DNA of 64,000 nucleotides from the human T2T-CHM13v2.0 reference genome, Homo sapiens: positions 20,192,001 through 20,256,000 of the forward strand of contig CP086569.2 in NCBI GenBank assembly GCA_009914755.4. The letters run 5' to 3'. This document shows positions 1 to 12,276 of the stretch, piece after piece. A program made the translations under genes and the position numbers. The stretch's first letter is position 1. The number at the start of each line of letters is the position of its first letter. The notes beneath the pieces were generated by a model. That model was not told the origin of the DNA, searched no databases, and was given only the letters and a program-made list of their open reading frames with translations.

Positions 1-343
1 CAGTAATAATCATGTTGGGAGATTTATTTGCCAAAGGACATGTCCAGAAGACAACTCTATGACATTCCCCAAGGACAATTTTGAGTACTCCAAATTTGAA
101 GGGAAAAATGCAGGATATTGAGAAACACACAGCTTTCACTAAGATGAAAAAGGGCAGAGAAAAATATGAGGAATCTACATTTTACATAAGATGACACAGA
201 CAAAATGGGGTAGGGAAACAATCAGTTACACATTTGTGTCTGGCGCCCCAGGGTGACTGCACATGTAAAGAAAAGCTATCAATTTGCATTGCCATGGTAA
301 AGTTTTAAGAGCTCATCAGAAATTTTCTTGTGGGAAAACTATG
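1..343 (-). mobile_element. LTR of a class I (gamma-like) ERV, copy 1, left part; runs to the window edge and is interrupted by an L1 at 344
   Basis: Homologous along its length to 14534-14866, with shared blocks such as acaaaatggggtagggaaacaatcag and ccatggtaaagttttaagagctca; starts TGTTGGGAG (TG...); the same element resumes at 3509. Confidence 0.5.
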
Positions 344-3300
344 TCATCTGCAAACAGGGACAATTTGACTTCCTCTTTTCCTAATTGAATGCCCTTTATT
401 TCCTTCTCCTGCCTGATTGCCCTGGCCAGAACTTCCAACTCTATGTTGAATAGAAGTGGGAAGAGATGGCATCCCTGTCTTGTGCCAGTTTTCAAAGGGA
501 ATGCTTCCAGTTTTGTCCATTCGGTATGATATTGGCTGTGGGTTTGTCATAGATAGCTCTTATTATTTTGAGATACCTCCCATGAATACATAATTTATTG
601 AGAGTTTTTAGCATGAAGCGTTGTTGAATTTTGTCAAAGGACTTTTCTGCATCTACTGAGATAATCCTGTGGTTTTTGTCTTTGGTTCTGTTTATATACT
701 GGATTACGTTTATTGATTTCCGTATGTTGAACCAGCCTTGAATCCCAGGGATGAAGCCCACTTGATCATGGTGGATAAGCTTTTTGATGTATTGCTGGAT
801 TCAGTTTGCTAGTATTTTACTGAGGATTTTTGCATCAATGTTCATCAAGGATATTGGTCTAAAATTCTCTTTTTTTGTTGTGTCTCTGCCTGGCTTTGGT
901 ATCAGAATGATGCTGGCCTCATAAAATGAGTTAGGGAGGTTTCCCTCTTTTCTATTGATTGGAATAGTTTCAGAAGGAATGGTACCAGCTGCTCCTTTTA
1001 CCTCTGGTAGAATTCGGCTGTGAATCCATCTTGTCCTGGACTTTTTTTTGGTTGGTAAGCTATCAATTATTGCCTCAATTTCAGAAGGTGTTATTGGTCT
1101 ATTCAGAGATTCAACTTCTCCCTGGTTTAGTCTTGGGAGAGTGTATGTGTAGAGGAATTTACCCATTTCTTCTAGATTTTCTACTTTATTTGCATAGAGT
1201 TGTTTATAGTATTCTCTCATGGTAGTTTGTATTTCTGTGGGATCGGTGGTGATATCCTCTTTATCAGTTTTTATTGCATCTATTTGATTCTTCTCTCTTT
1301 TCTTCTTTATTAGTCTTGCTAGCGGTCTATCAATTTTGTTGATATTTTCAAAAAACCAGCTTCTGGATTCATTGATTTTTTGAAGGTTTTTTGGTGCCTC
1401 TGTCTCCTTCAATTCCGCTCTGATCTTAGTTATTTCTTGCCTTCTGCTAGCTTTTGAATGTCTGCCTTTGCTTCTCTAGTTCTTTTAATCGTGATGTTAG
1501 GGTGTCAATTTTAGATCTTTTCTGCTTTCTGTTGTCAGCATTTAGTGCTATAAATTTCCCTCTTCACACTCTCCTTAAGCAGATAAGCAACTTTAGCAAA
1601 GTCTCAGGATAGAAAACCAATGTGCAAAAATCACAAGCATTCTTATATGCCAATAACAGACAAATAGAGAGCTAAATCATGAGTGAACTCCCATTCACAA
1701 TTGCTTCAAATATAATAAAATACCTAGGAATCTGACTTACAAGGGATGTGAAGGACTTCTTCAAGGAGAACTGCAAACCAATACTCAATGAAATAAAAGA
1801 GGATACAAACAAATGGAAGAACTTTCCATTTTCATGGGTAGGGAGAATCAATATCGTGAAAATGGCCATACTGCCCAAGGTAATTTATAGATTCAATGCC
1901 ATCCCCATCAAGCTAACAATGACTTTCTTCACAGAATTGGAAAAACTACTTTAAAGTTCATATGGAACCAAAAAAAAGCCCGCATTGCCAAGTCAATCCT
2001 AAGCCAAAAGAACAAACCTGGAGGCATCAGGCTACCTGACTTCAAATTATACTACAAGGCTACAGTAAACAAAACAGCATCCTACTGGTACCAAAACAGA
2101 TATATAGACCAATGGAACAGAGCAGAGTCCTCAGAAATAAGGCCGCTTATCTACAGCTATCTAACCTTTGACAAACCTGACAAAAACAAGAAATGGGGAA
2201 AGGATTCCCTATTTAATAAATGGCACTGGGAAAACTGGCTAGCCATATGTAGAAAGCTGAAATTGGATCCCTTCCTTACATCTTATACAAAAATTAATTC
2301 ACGATGGATTAAAGACTTACATATTAGACCTAAAACCATAAAAACCCTAGGAGAAAACATAGGCAATACTATTCAGGCCATAGGCATGGGCAAGAACTTC
2401 ATGTCCAAAACATCAAAAGCAATGGCAACAAAAGCCAAAACTGACAAATGGAATCTAATTAAACTAAAGAGCTTCTGCACAGTGAAAGAAACCACCATCA
2501 GAGTGAACAGGCAACCTAAAGAATGGGAGAAAATTTTTGCAATCTACTAATCTGACAAAGGGCTAATATCCAGAATCTACAATGAACTCAAACAAATTTA
2601 CAAGAAAAAACAAACAACCCCATGAAAAAGTGGGTGAAGGATATGAATAGACACTTCTCAAAAGAAGACAGTTATGCACCAAAAAACACATGAAAAATGC
2701 TCATCATCACTGGCCATCAGAGAAATGCAAATCAAAACCACAATGAGATACCATCTCACACCAGTTAGAATGGCAATCATTAAAAAGTCAGGAAACAACA
2801 GGTGCTGGAGAGGATGTGGAGAAATAGGAACACTTTTACACTGTTGATGGGACTGTAAACTAGTTCAACCATTGTGGAAGTCAGTGTGGTGATTCCTCAG
2901 TGATCTAGAACTAGAAATACCATTTGACCCAGCCATCCCATTACTGGGTATATATCCAAAGAATTATAAATCATGCTCCTATAAAGACACATGCACACAT
3001 GTGTTTATTGCGGCACTATTCACAATAGCAAAGACTTGGAACCAACCCAAATGTCCAACAATGATAGACTGGATTAAGAAAATGTGGCACATTTACACCA
3101 TGGAATATTATGCAGCCATAAAAAATGATGAGTTCTTGTCCTTTATAAGGACGTGGATGAAGCTGGAAATTATCATTCTCAGCAAACTATCGCAAGGACA
3201 AAAAACCAAACCCCACATGTTCTTACTCATAGTTGGGAATTGAACAATGAGAACACATGGACACAGGAAGGGAACATCACACACTGGGGACTGTTGTGGG

Positions 3301-3498
3301 GTGGGGAGAGGGGGGAGGGATAGCATTAGGTGATATACCTAATGCTAAATGATGAGTTAATGGGTGCAGCACACCAACGAGGCACATGTATACATATGTA
3401 ACAAACCTGCACGTTGTGCACATGTACCCTAAAATTTAAAGTACAATAATAATAAAATAAATAGATAAATAATAAATAAAAATAAAAAATTGAAAAAA
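344..3498 (+). mobile_element. L1 (L1PA-like) insertion with twin-priming 5' inversion: 344-1562 is an inverted ORF2 segment on the - strand, 1563-3498 is direct ORF2 C-terminal half plus 3'UTR plus A-rich tail
   Basis: Six-frame ORFs 801..1412(-) and 492..761(-) are L1 ORF2 RT ([38 protein letters not shown]). ORFs 1748..1954(+), 2263..2550(+) and 3001..3243(+) are ORF2 C-terminal ([51 protein letters not shown]). The inversion breakpoints are adjacent in L1 coordinates (ORF2 about aa 697/705). The A-rich tail ends about 3498. A 10-bp target-site duplication gaaaactatg lies at 334-343 and 3499-3508. Confidence 0.85.
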
Positions 3499-3508
3499 GA
3501 AAACTATG

Positions 3509-3960
3509 AAGAAGGTGTGTAGCCTTTCATCGATGTAACCACCTTATTTAGGAACCAAAATGGGGAGACAGATTTGCATGTCCCAGTTTCTAGCTTGACT
3601 TTTTGGTTTGGCTTAATGAATATGGGGCCCCAAAATTAAATTTTCATTCACTTTTTTGTTTGTTTGTTTTTAAAAATCCTTTGGGTAAAAGCATTTTATA
3701 AAGAAATACGTGTTTCTGGCCTCAGGTTGATTTTTTCTCCCTTTTTATTTTCCTGCTGCTTTCTCATTGCAAGGAGGGTTTATTCCTGTAAGTTTAGGGC
3801 CTACATCCCTAGGAATGCTCATTCCTAGGAGGTCATATTTCACTATCCTATGAGGGTTCATTATTAGGAAGTCTTTCACAAGTCACTAGAAAGACTCATT
3901 CCAAGGAAGTCATGTTCTATGAAGATAAAAATGGGGGAAGAAAGTAGAGAAAAAGAGAAA
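3509..3960 (-). mobile_element. Class I ERV LTR copy 1, right part; includes a roughly 320-bp block of degenerate ~30-bp tandem repeats (3645-3960) absent from copy 2
   Basis: 3509-3640 aligns to 14867-14972 (tagcctttca...ttagg(g/a)acc...agcttgactttt...ggggtcccaa). The block 3780-3920 repeats cattcctagga(a/g)tgctcattcctaggaggtcat / cattattaggaagtct / cattccaaggaagtcat. Confidence 0.45.
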
Positions 3961-3964
3961 ATAT

Positions 3965-4085
3965 TGTGTGTGTGTATATATATGTATGTGTATATTTATA
4001 TACACATATATACACACATATACATGTATATGTATATGTGTGTATGTGTATATTTATAGGTATATATATATATATATGGACTTAG
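3965..4085. repeat. (TG)n/(TA)n/(CA)n compound microsatellite
   Basis: gtgtgtgtgtatatatatgtatgtgtatatttatatacacatatatacacacatat...; a homologous microsatellite abuts LTR copy 2 at 14975. Confidence 0.85.
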
Positions 4086-4431
4086 GCAAGATTTACAGCA
4101 ATAAAAGGAAAGAAAAACTGGGAGCTAAATCAGGCTATATTACTATATGCTCAATTAGAGCAATTCTCTGGGCAATTATTACCTTAGCCTTTTCCTTACT
4201 TACAACATGTACCATAAAAATATTGTAAGAAAAACAGGGCAGAAGACAAATTGTTATCACTACTATGCCTACTATAAGCAATAATTTCTGCTACCAATTT
4301 CCACAGGATTCAAACCGACCATACAACCATTAGATTAGTGAGGGTTTTGGCTCTAACAGGGTGGACCTTCACCATTATAAAAACTGGCTGTTATGTGTAT
4401 ATTCCAGGTGAATTGAAGAACATAACCAGAC

Positions 4432-7190
4432 TTATGACTGATGTTGAAATTCAGAAAACATGGTTTGCATGCTTTCAGTTGGGTTAAAGATTTTCCCTGC
4501 AGGCAAGCAATAGCCATGGCAGTTAAAAAAATTCATTTTTATTTCATAAGGAGACAGTTGATGTTTTCCAAAAGGGGTGGATTGGAATGTAAGCACCATT
4601 AGGGAGAGTGCTTTGAACCAGGGGAGGTGAAACACCTCCATGAACTTAGCCAATTATGTTTTGATTATTCCCTTTGTCCTCACCACTATGCCTGAGGATT
4701 GGGTATTGTAGGGACAATGGAAATGTTGAAATATGTCCAAATATTACAAATATTTTGACTAAGCTGGCCAGTAAAGTAAGTTCCCCATCACTGCGAAGTT
4801 CACAGGGGACTCCCCATGGTGGGATAATTTTTTCTTGTAGAATTTTTCTAACTGCCATGGCTACTGCTTGCCTGCAGGGAAAAGCTTTAACCCAGTGGAA
4901 AACATGCAAATAATTACTAAAACATACTTGTAACCTTAAGATAATAGCAGCTGGATAAAATCAAGCTGTGATACCTCAGAAAGTTTAGCCACAAAAGGAA
5001 ATTGACCCTGGGACCCTGGAGGAGCTTTCCTGGGCTATATTTGCGATGAATAACACATCAAAATTAAATCTTTCATGTCACTGTAAAGAATGGTTTTCAG
5101 TGACATTGTTTACATCAGGATAGGATATCATTTTATTTGGATTCTAATGGGATAATGAACATATTCCATAAAGAGCACCTGACATCCCTGTGGAATGTTT
5201 ATTATTAGGTACACATTATATTTCAATTTTGAAAGAAAAGTATCCCCTGCCTGTTTCCAAGTAGATTTCTCTTTTTTAGGAGTTATTCTCTGGGTTCCTT
5301 TCAACATGTTTATAAGTGTTTTAGGTTTTATGGCCATTTCCCAATTTGGAGCTGGTGGCTTGATTGCTGCTGTTTTAGCTGTAGCATCAGCCAATTGGTT
5401 ACCCTGACTTTCTGTGTTGTCTGATTATAAGTGACCTGAAATTTTTATAATGCCACACATTTTGGCCTTAGAATACCTTCTAACAGGTCTGATACTTTTC
5501 CATTTTTTATGGTTTGCCCTGAAACGGGTAAATATTCTGTCTCTTTTTAAAGCATTCCAAAGCCATCAGCAACCTCAAAGGCACAGCAGCTGTCAGTGTA
5601 AATGTTTGCAGTCTTTTCTTATGCCAATTGACAAGCTCAGGTCAGGGCAATCAGTTCAGCCCCTATAGCTGATCTGGCTTAAAGAAAAGGATGGATTTCA
5701 TTTACCTGTAGAAATGAAACCACAGCATATCCTGCTCTAAAATTTTCATCTTCTTTTCTTAAATAACACCCATCTGTATACCATTCTATCTCAACATTAT
5801 TCGGTGGTGTCTTTTGTAGGTCTGCCTTGGGGGATGAGAACTCAGTCAGTTATCAGAGCAGAGTTATGGGGCTTTGTCTGATAGGTCCAGCAAGAGAGTG
5901 GCCAACTTAAGATTGTAACAGTGGAAAATAGTAATATTAGGAGATGATAGCCAAATTTTATAAGACACTAACCAGTTGATGAAAAGATGTTGACTATGAT
6001 GAGATTAGAAGAGTCTCAAGAGAATGTGGCACAAAAATGTTAAGCAGGAAACCCATAATTATTTTTTCCACAGGCTTGTACAGAAGGGCTGTGGCTGCTA
6101 TTACTGTCACACAAGGAGTCAATTCTCAATCGATAGGGTCCATCTGTTGACTATAATAGTGTACTGGTCTCTGAAGATCACCGTGTTTCTGGGTCAGTAA
6201 CCTGGATGCAGTATCTCCAGTTTCTTGTATAAAAAGGGAGAAAGGTTATTTGTCATTTGGGTGCCCTGAGGCTGGGCCATAATTTGAGTTCTTTTCATTT
6301 ATTGTACTGCTGATTATCCTTATAGGGTACACATGATGGAATGAAGCTGACCATTTTTAGATATGCATTCAAAAGTTTAACCATGAGGAAGAAATTTGAC
6401 GTTCAGTTTCTGCAATAGCCTACCAGGCCCCCAAATTCTCTAAGTTGTTTCTTAGTGACAGTCATTAAGAAAGCTAAAATTCCTTTCACTCTGTCAGAGT
6501 TTACACTCAGTTCTTTGGCTGAGATAATACATCCCAAATATTTAACTTGCATTAAGCATAGCTGAAGTTTGTCTGTGATACTTTGGTTCTCTTGTTGGCT
6601 AACTGAACAAATATAAACTATCTTACTAAGAGAAAGATAATGAGTCTGAATAAAGGAGGAAGTAATCTATGTATTGAGTCCTGGGGAAAAATTCAATCCT
6701 TAATATTTGGGAAAAGTAAGTGGGACCTTCTGTATACCCTTGGGGCATTATCATTTATATATATAGCCATTGTTTCCAAATAAAGGAAAACAAAGACTGG
6801 ATGGATAGATCTACAGGGATACAAAAAAAAAAAAAAAAAAAGTCACTGAGGCGATCCACAACTGAGAAATAGTGAATCGCAGTTGTTATAAGTGATAGAA
6901 GGGTATGGGTTTGGGGACTATTGGGTGCCTGAGTATTATGGTATTGTTTATTGCCCTCAAGTCCTGCACAAATCTTCATCCTCTTCCACTTGATTTCTTT
7001 ACTGTGAATATAGGACTGTTGCAGGGACTTGTGCAGTGAAAAATAAGCCCCCTTTTTCAGATTATCTTGTATGGTAGGGGCAGTTCCATCTATGGCTTCA
7101 TGTTGTAGAGGATATTGTTTAAAGTTGGTAGGGATTTCTTTGGTTTTATCCCTGCCTTTTTTGGTGTGGCTAAGAATATTTTCCCTATAT
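4432..7190 (-). mobile_element. Class I (gamma-like; HERV-W/H/9 superfamily) ERV pol remnant: RT, RNase H tether and integrase, with multiple frameshifts and stops
   Basis: ORF 4646..4909(-) WVKAFPCRQAVAMAVRKILQEKIIPPWGVPCELRSDGE is close to the HERV-W integrase core WAEAFPCRTEKAQEVIKALVHEIIPRFGLPRGLQSDNSPAF. ORF 4432..4653(-) STPFGKHQLSPYEI matches SPQKAGLSPYEMLYG. A - strand translation near 6330-6480 gives VKYLGC...TKKQLREFGGLVGYCRNWTSNF, matching the gamma-RV RT tether VKYLGY...[22 protein letters not shown]. Confidence 0.7.
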
Positions 7191-7754
7191 CAGTATTTGA
7201 CTGACCATAAATGGGAGGGAATATCCTTGAGCAAGTCTTCCATTTCTGGTGTTAATGAGAAAATAGGAAAAGCTAAAAGGAGTTTCATAGTTTCTTGTTC
7301 TTGATTGTGATAATTTCCCTTCTCTCCTAATATTTCCTCCTCTATCTTCATTTTATTTTCATAGTCACAAGATGATGTTTTACCATTACTAGTACTAAAT
7401 TGTGGCACATTGTAAGGACATTTTTTAATTTGGTATCTTTGGACCCCTGGCTCTAATTCTAAAAGAGCTTCACCTTTTGATGAAACAGAGATATGGGCAT
7501 TATGAATGTTGAGGAGATCATGATCCAAAATATTGGCAGGGGCCACAGGACACATAACAAACATATGGGACTCACTGAGTGTCACACTTAGAGCCTGCAG
7601 TTGTGGAACTGGAACCTGATGAAATGATAAGTTATAAGTTTTGACTTAAGACATAAGATCATTTTATTAGACATATCCACCATGTTAATTTCTTTATTGC
7701 TCCATTCATCTTTATATATGTCTTCTGGATTTTTGGGTTCTGATTGTTATGGGT
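7190..7754 (-). mobile_element. Class I ERV protease C-terminal region and pro-pol junction, truncated at its upstream (higher-coordinate) side by the HERV-K-like insertion
   Basis: ORF 7190..7585(-) contains FVMCPVAPANILDHDLLNIHNAHISVSSKGEALLELEPG, close to HERV-W protease FLIMPESPTPLLGRDILAKAGAIIHLNIGEG. Confidence 0.6.
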
Positions 7755-8084
7755 CTGTTGGGAACAGGACCCCCAGAATCTCACCACAAACTGGCCCCAA
7801 AACTGGCCATAAACAAAATTGCTGCAGCATTGTGACATGTTCATGATAGCCATGATGTCCACACTGAAGGTTGCAGGTTTACTGGAAAGAGGGCAAGGAA
7901 TTCCTGGCCCACCCAGGGCAGAAAACTGCTTAAAGGCATTCTTAAACCACAAACAATAGCTGTAAGACCCCTGATTTCCCACTCCACACCTCTATATTTC
8001 TTTGTGTGTGTGTCTAATTCCTTTAGCTCCTTTGGGTTAGTGTCTCCCCAAGTAAACTGGTCTCAGCAAGCAGTGCCCATACAT
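7755..8084 (+). mobile_element. HERV-K-like 5' LTR, about 330 bp; carries a roughly 190-bp deletion relative to the 3' LTR
   Basis: Begins TGTTGGGAACAGG and aligns to 12277-12795, for example ccacactgaag(g/t)ttg, cttaaaggcattcttaaaccacaaacaatagct, ctgatttcccactccacacctctatatttct and gggttag(t/g)gtctcccca; ends ...cccataCA. Confidence 0.75.
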
Positions 8085-8102
8085 GGGGGCTCGAATCCAG
8101 GC
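8085..8102 (+). promoter_or_regulatory. Primer-binding-site region, TGGGGGCTCGAATCCAGG; looks like a 5'-truncated extended tRNA-Lys(CTT) complementarity
   Basis: Immediately 3' of the LTR terminal CA. The stretch GGGGCTCGAA(T)CCA(G) matches positions 13-29 of the extended Lys1,2 PBS TGGCGCCCAACGTGGGGCTCGAACCCAC recalled from memory; the first roughly 13 nt of the canonical PBS are absent. Confidence 0.35.
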
Positions 8103-8269
8103 TGAAGGGTCGCTGGAGCGATGGTTGGAGAATGTGGAGCTAAGCTGGAGGACACCAGAATACTCTTAAAGCAATCCCTGTAGTGAGTAAGAAGGGGAGA
8201 TCGGAAGCATCAGGATGACAATAGGGACAAGTGTGAGCTCTGGTTCATTCCACCTTGGAACATTTTCAC

Positions 8270-9350
8270 ACTGATGATGAGGGGGGAAAGAGAGTATAAC
8301 CAAGTAACAGAAGAGGTTACAGAGCAGTTTTGTTTGACAGCTAAAGCTAAAGTGGCAAAGGAGGGAGAGGTTCATCCCTACCCTTCTGCACCCCCTCATT
8401 TTTATTTTGAAGAAAAAGTCTTTTCTGACCCTCCAGATCTTTCTTTTCCAGAGGACACTGGGCGAAAAGTAGTTGCCCCAGTTTCTGTTCAAGCAGCGCC
8501 TCTAGCGACCACTCTCAGTTGTATTCAGGCAGGAATTCAGCAAGCTAGATGAGAGGGTGATATAGAGGCTTGGCAGTTCCCTGTTAGAATACACCCCCCA
8601 GATCAACAGGGAAATATTATAGCTACATATGAGCCTTTTCCCTTTAAATTACTCAAGGAATTCAAACAAGCTATTAATAAGTATGGACCAGGTTCTCCTT
8701 TTATAATGGGACTGTTAAAGAATGTTGCTATTTCCAGTCAGATGATTACTACTGACTGGGACACTCTTACTTGAGCTTGTCTAACTCCTGCTCAGTACTT
8801 AAAATTTAAAAATTGGTGGGCAGATGAAGCTTTCATTCAGGCTGCTGGCAACACCCAGGCCCAACCTCAAATTAATATAACTGCAGACCAACTTTTGGGG
8901 GTCAGTGGCTGGACTGGTTTAGATCTACAGTCATTATGGAGGATGATGCCATAGAACACCTTAGAGGAGTGTGCATTAGGGCTTGGGAACAAAAAATAAC
9001 TTCAGGTGGAGAATAATAGCCTTCCTTTAGGGCTGTAAAACAGCTGTATAAGTGCTGTAAAAAAGGTGATTGCACATTCAGCTGCTCAGATATAGTGTTG
9101 TGGTTATTACCTTTTGACAATACTAATTTTGACAGCCAGGCTGCTCTGCGACTTATTAGAGGGAAAGCACATTTAATTGATTATATCAAGCCACGTAATG
9201 GTATTGGAGGTAATCTGCATAAGGCTACTCTGCTTGCCCAGGCAATGGCAGGACTGAGAGTGGATAAAGGAAATACTCCACTTCCTGGAGCTTGTTTTAA
9301 CTGTAGGAAGCATGGCCATACTAAAAAAGAACATAGAAATAATCAGTGAT
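8270..9350 (+). mobile_element. HERV-K-like gag remnant: phosphoprotein/p15, capsid and nucleocapsid with CCHC zinc knuckle; MA mostly missing; several stops
   Basis: Translation IEAWQFPVRIHPPDQQGNIIATYEPFPFKLLKEFKQAINKYGPGSPFIMGLLKN...TDWDTLT...LKFKNWWADEAFIQAAGN parallels HML-2 Gag TEAWQFPVTLEP...KSFSIKMLKDMKEGVKQYGPNSPYMRTLLDSIA...FLQFKTWWIDGVQEQV. ORF 9095..9349 ends CFNCRKHGHTKKEHRN, an NC zinc knuckle. Confidence 0.7.
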
Positions 9351-9479
9351 TCAGGCCGCCAGATAGGTGAAAAAAGAAAACTGCTGAGCCTGAAATATGT
9401 CCAAAATGTAAAAAAGGAAATCATTGACCTAATCAGTGTCACTCTAAGTTTAATAAAGTTGGGAACCGATTTTGGGAAA

Positions 9480-9760
9480 TGCCATCAGGGGCCCATCCCA
9501 GGCCCCATTCCAAACCGGGGCATTTCCAGCTCTGGCCATTCCCTCACCTTTGTAAAATGTCTGTCTGATCCCACAGCTGATAGTGCTGCAGTAGATTTAT
9601 GCTGCACAAAAGCTGTGAGCCTTCTACCTAGGGAACCCCTGCAAAAGTTCCCAACAGGAGTCTGTGGATCCTTGCCAATGGGGATGATAGGATTACTTCT
9701 AGGACGGTCTAGTTTAAATTTTAAATGGGGTACAAATACATACAGGAGTCATTGATTCAG
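9480..9760 (+). mobile_element. dUTPase-like domain of the betaretroviral pro ORF
   Basis: ORF 9312..9755 contains ...SAAVDLCCTKAVSLLPREP...GVCGSLPMGMIGLLLGRSSLNFKWGTNTY. The GRSS motif and hydrophobic context are typical of retroviral dUTPase, which in betaretroviruses sits between gag and protease. Confidence 0.55.
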
Positions 9761-9959
9761 ATTATAATGAGATACTCAAAATGTTATACCTGCTTCTGTT
9801 CCCTGGAATGCTGAGCCAGGAAAGCATATAGCACAGCTCCTGATTGTGCCATATGTGGAAATGGAGAAAAGTGAATTAAACAAATGGGAGGATTTGGAAG
9901 CACAAATAAACAAAGCAAAGCAGCTTATTGGGTAAATCAAATTACTGATGAACATCCTA

Positions 9960-10340
9960 CCCATGAAATAACTATTCAGGAAAGAAATTTAAATATTTGG
10001 TAGATACCAGAGTGGACATTAAAATCATTTCTCTACAGCACTGGCCGTCCACGTTCAACCTGCTCAATTTAACATAGTTGGAGTTGGTAACTCCCCTGAA
10101 GTATGTCAAAGTAGTTATATTTTGCATTATGAAGGGACCTGATGGACACCCTGGGACTATGCAACCAATTATAACTTCTGTACCTATAAATTTATGGGGG
10201 AGAGATTTATTACAACCATGGGGAGCACAAGTTCTAATTCCAGAACAATTATATAGCCCTCAAATTCAACATATGATGCCTGAAATGGAGTATGTCCCTG
10301 GCATGAGACTAGGAAAAAATTTGCAAGGTTTGAAATAACC
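9960..10340 (+). mobile_element. Retroviral aspartic protease C-terminal part plus G-patch
   Basis: ORF 10078..10338 QPIITSVPINLWGRDLLQPWGAQVLIPEQLYSPQ...MEYVPGMRLGKNLQG matches HML-2 protease QPMITSIPLNLWGRDLLQQWGAEITMPAPLYSP...GYIPGKGLGKNEDG. Confidence 0.7.
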
Positions 10341-10379
10341 TCTTCAAGCAGAAAGACAATTTTCCCACCAAGGTTTAGG

Positions 10380-10640
10380 ATATGAGTTTTGATGGTGACT
10401 ATTGTTAAAACTCCAGAACCTACGCCTTTAAAATGGTTAATAGATAAGCCAATTTGGATAGAACAAAGGCCGCTGAGTAAATAGAAAGGAGAGGCTTTGG
10501 AGGACTTAAAATTGACTTTTAATAGTCATAGATTTAAAAGACTGTTTCTTTACTATCCCCTTACCTAAGCAAGACTGTGAAAGGTTTGCATTTACAATTC
10601 CTGCAGTAAACAACGTGCAGCATGCTAAGAATTTTCATTT
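10380..10640 (+). mobile_element. Reverse transcriptase N-terminal fragment; the rest of RT, RNase H and most of IN are deleted
   Basis: Translation near 10530-10620 is [29 protein letters not shown], matching the betaretroviral RT motif [30 protein letters not shown]. Confidence 0.6.
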
Positions 10641-10946
10641 TTTTTGCAGATGGGTCTAGTAATGGTAAAACTTCTTATTCTGGCTCAAAAAGTAAAGTTT
10701 TCCAGATGCTCTATACTTCAGCTCAAAAAGCAGAGCTTGTAGCTGTAATTGAGGTATTGAGTGTTTTTGATATGCCTATTAATTGATTTCTGATTCTTCA
10801 TATGTGGTTCATTCCACACAGCTAATTTAAAATGCTCAGTTACAATTTCATACAGATAAACAACTGATGACAGAAACAAAAATGGGGGAGAAATAGGGAC
10901 TATGGGATAGCCCATACACAACTGAAACTAACATTATTAACTTTAA

Positions 10947-11210
10947 ATGAGCCTGCCCAAAGGCCAGATGTTATCAGCAGCTGAACAGCATCTACAGAAA
11001 CCAGCTGCAAAGACAGAATCAGAACAACTGGTTCAATGGAGATATCCAATAACAAAAAGTTGGGAAATAGGTACAATAATAACTTGGGGTAGAGGTTATG
11101 CTTGTGTTTCTCCAGGCCAACATCAACAGCTGATCTGGATACCATCAAGACACCTGAAACCTTATCATGACCCAGATACCAAGGAAGAGATTCCAGGAGG
11201 ATCCTGAGAC
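10947..11210 (+). mobile_element. Integrase C-terminal fragment
   Basis: ORF 10947..11207 ...ITWGRGYACVSPGQHQQLIWIPSRHLKPYHD resembles HML-2 integrase C-terminus WGRGYV...KIWVPSRKVKPDI. Confidence 0.5.
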
Positions 11211-11939
11211 CCTGTGGTTGCAGCCATGTTGAGGGTGATGCTGAGGAGAACCCCAACTCTCATGAGCAATACCTATCAAACACAGCCACCCACCTGGGGA
11301 CAGATCAAGAAGCTGTCACAGATGGTGGAAGAAAACCTGAGGAAAGTGGGATAACCAGTCACAAAGAGTAATTTAATGGTAGCTATGATCATGATGATCA
11401 CCATTGCTGTGAGTATTCCTTCAACAAGAGCTGACACAGAGAACAATTATTAGGCATATTTATTAATCTTGGCTGGTAATAATGCCTGGATGTAATCACT
11501 CTATGACACAGTTACATATGCTTTCTGATCTCAGTATTTACCATAATAAATAAATAATAAATACCTAAAAAACCTATTTGTAAACAAAATTGAACCCAGT
11601 TAGAAATAATTAACATGCTTGTTTATGATGATTGCATTGCAGAACAAGCAGAGGTGCTGCACAATGATTCCTATGGAATCATTATTGTTTGGTCCCCTAA
11701 GGGGATATTTAGCTTGAATTGCTACTCTCAGTCTGTGTGCCATGGCCACACTATGTTTATCTGGTCTGAACAAAAGAGTCAGATGGTAGAAATGATAAGA
11801 AATATGGCATGAGTTCCTATTATCTGGAAACATGGCAGTATAGAGTCACCTCAACCTCAAATGATATGGACCATTGTAGGAGCTAAACACAAGAATTTGT
11901 GGAAAGTATTAATAGCTCTTAAAAAGACCAAAATTTAGG

Positions 11940-12235
11940 AAAGAATAAAAAAGCATCTAGAAGGAGACTCTACAAACTTGTCTTTGGATATTGCAAAATT
12001 AAAAGAACAAATATTTAAAACATCCCAGGCACACCTGACCTTAATGCCAGGAACTGAAGTGCTTGAAGGAGCTGCAGACAGATTAGCAGCTGGTAACCCA
12101 TTAAAATGGATCAAAACACTTGGAAGCACTGGACTTCAATGATGATTATGCTTTTAATCTGTGTTGTTTGTCTTTGTATACTCTGCACATGCAGATCCTG
12201 AATCCTGCAAGAAGTAGCTCACCGTGACAAAACTG
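11940..12235 (+). mobile_element. env transmembrane-subunit C-terminal fragment; SU and most of TM deleted
   Basis: Translation KIKRTNI.NIPGTPDL...HLTLMPGTEVLEGAADRLAAGNPLKWIKTLGSTGLQ matches HML-2 Env [48 protein letters not shown]. Confidence 0.55.
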
Positions 12236-12260
12236 CCTTTGCTTTCATTGCTTTGCAAAT

Positions 12261-12274
12261 CAAAGAAGGGGGAC
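12261..12274 (+). promoter_or_regulatory. Polypurine tract AAAGAAGGGGGAC immediately 5' of the 3' LTR
   Basis: Purine run directly abutting the LTR start TGTTGGGAA at 12277. Confidence 0.5.
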
Positions 12275-12276
12275 AT

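Noticed and set aside
215-235. PBS-like motif TGGCGCCCCAGGGTGACTG resembling a tRNA-Lys PBS (TGGCGCCCAACGTGGGGC)
   Set aside because: It lies in the middle of the class I ERV LTR (and is degenerate in LTR copy 2 at about 14740), not at an LTR-internal boundary, and only the first 9 nt match. It is probably a coincidental match.
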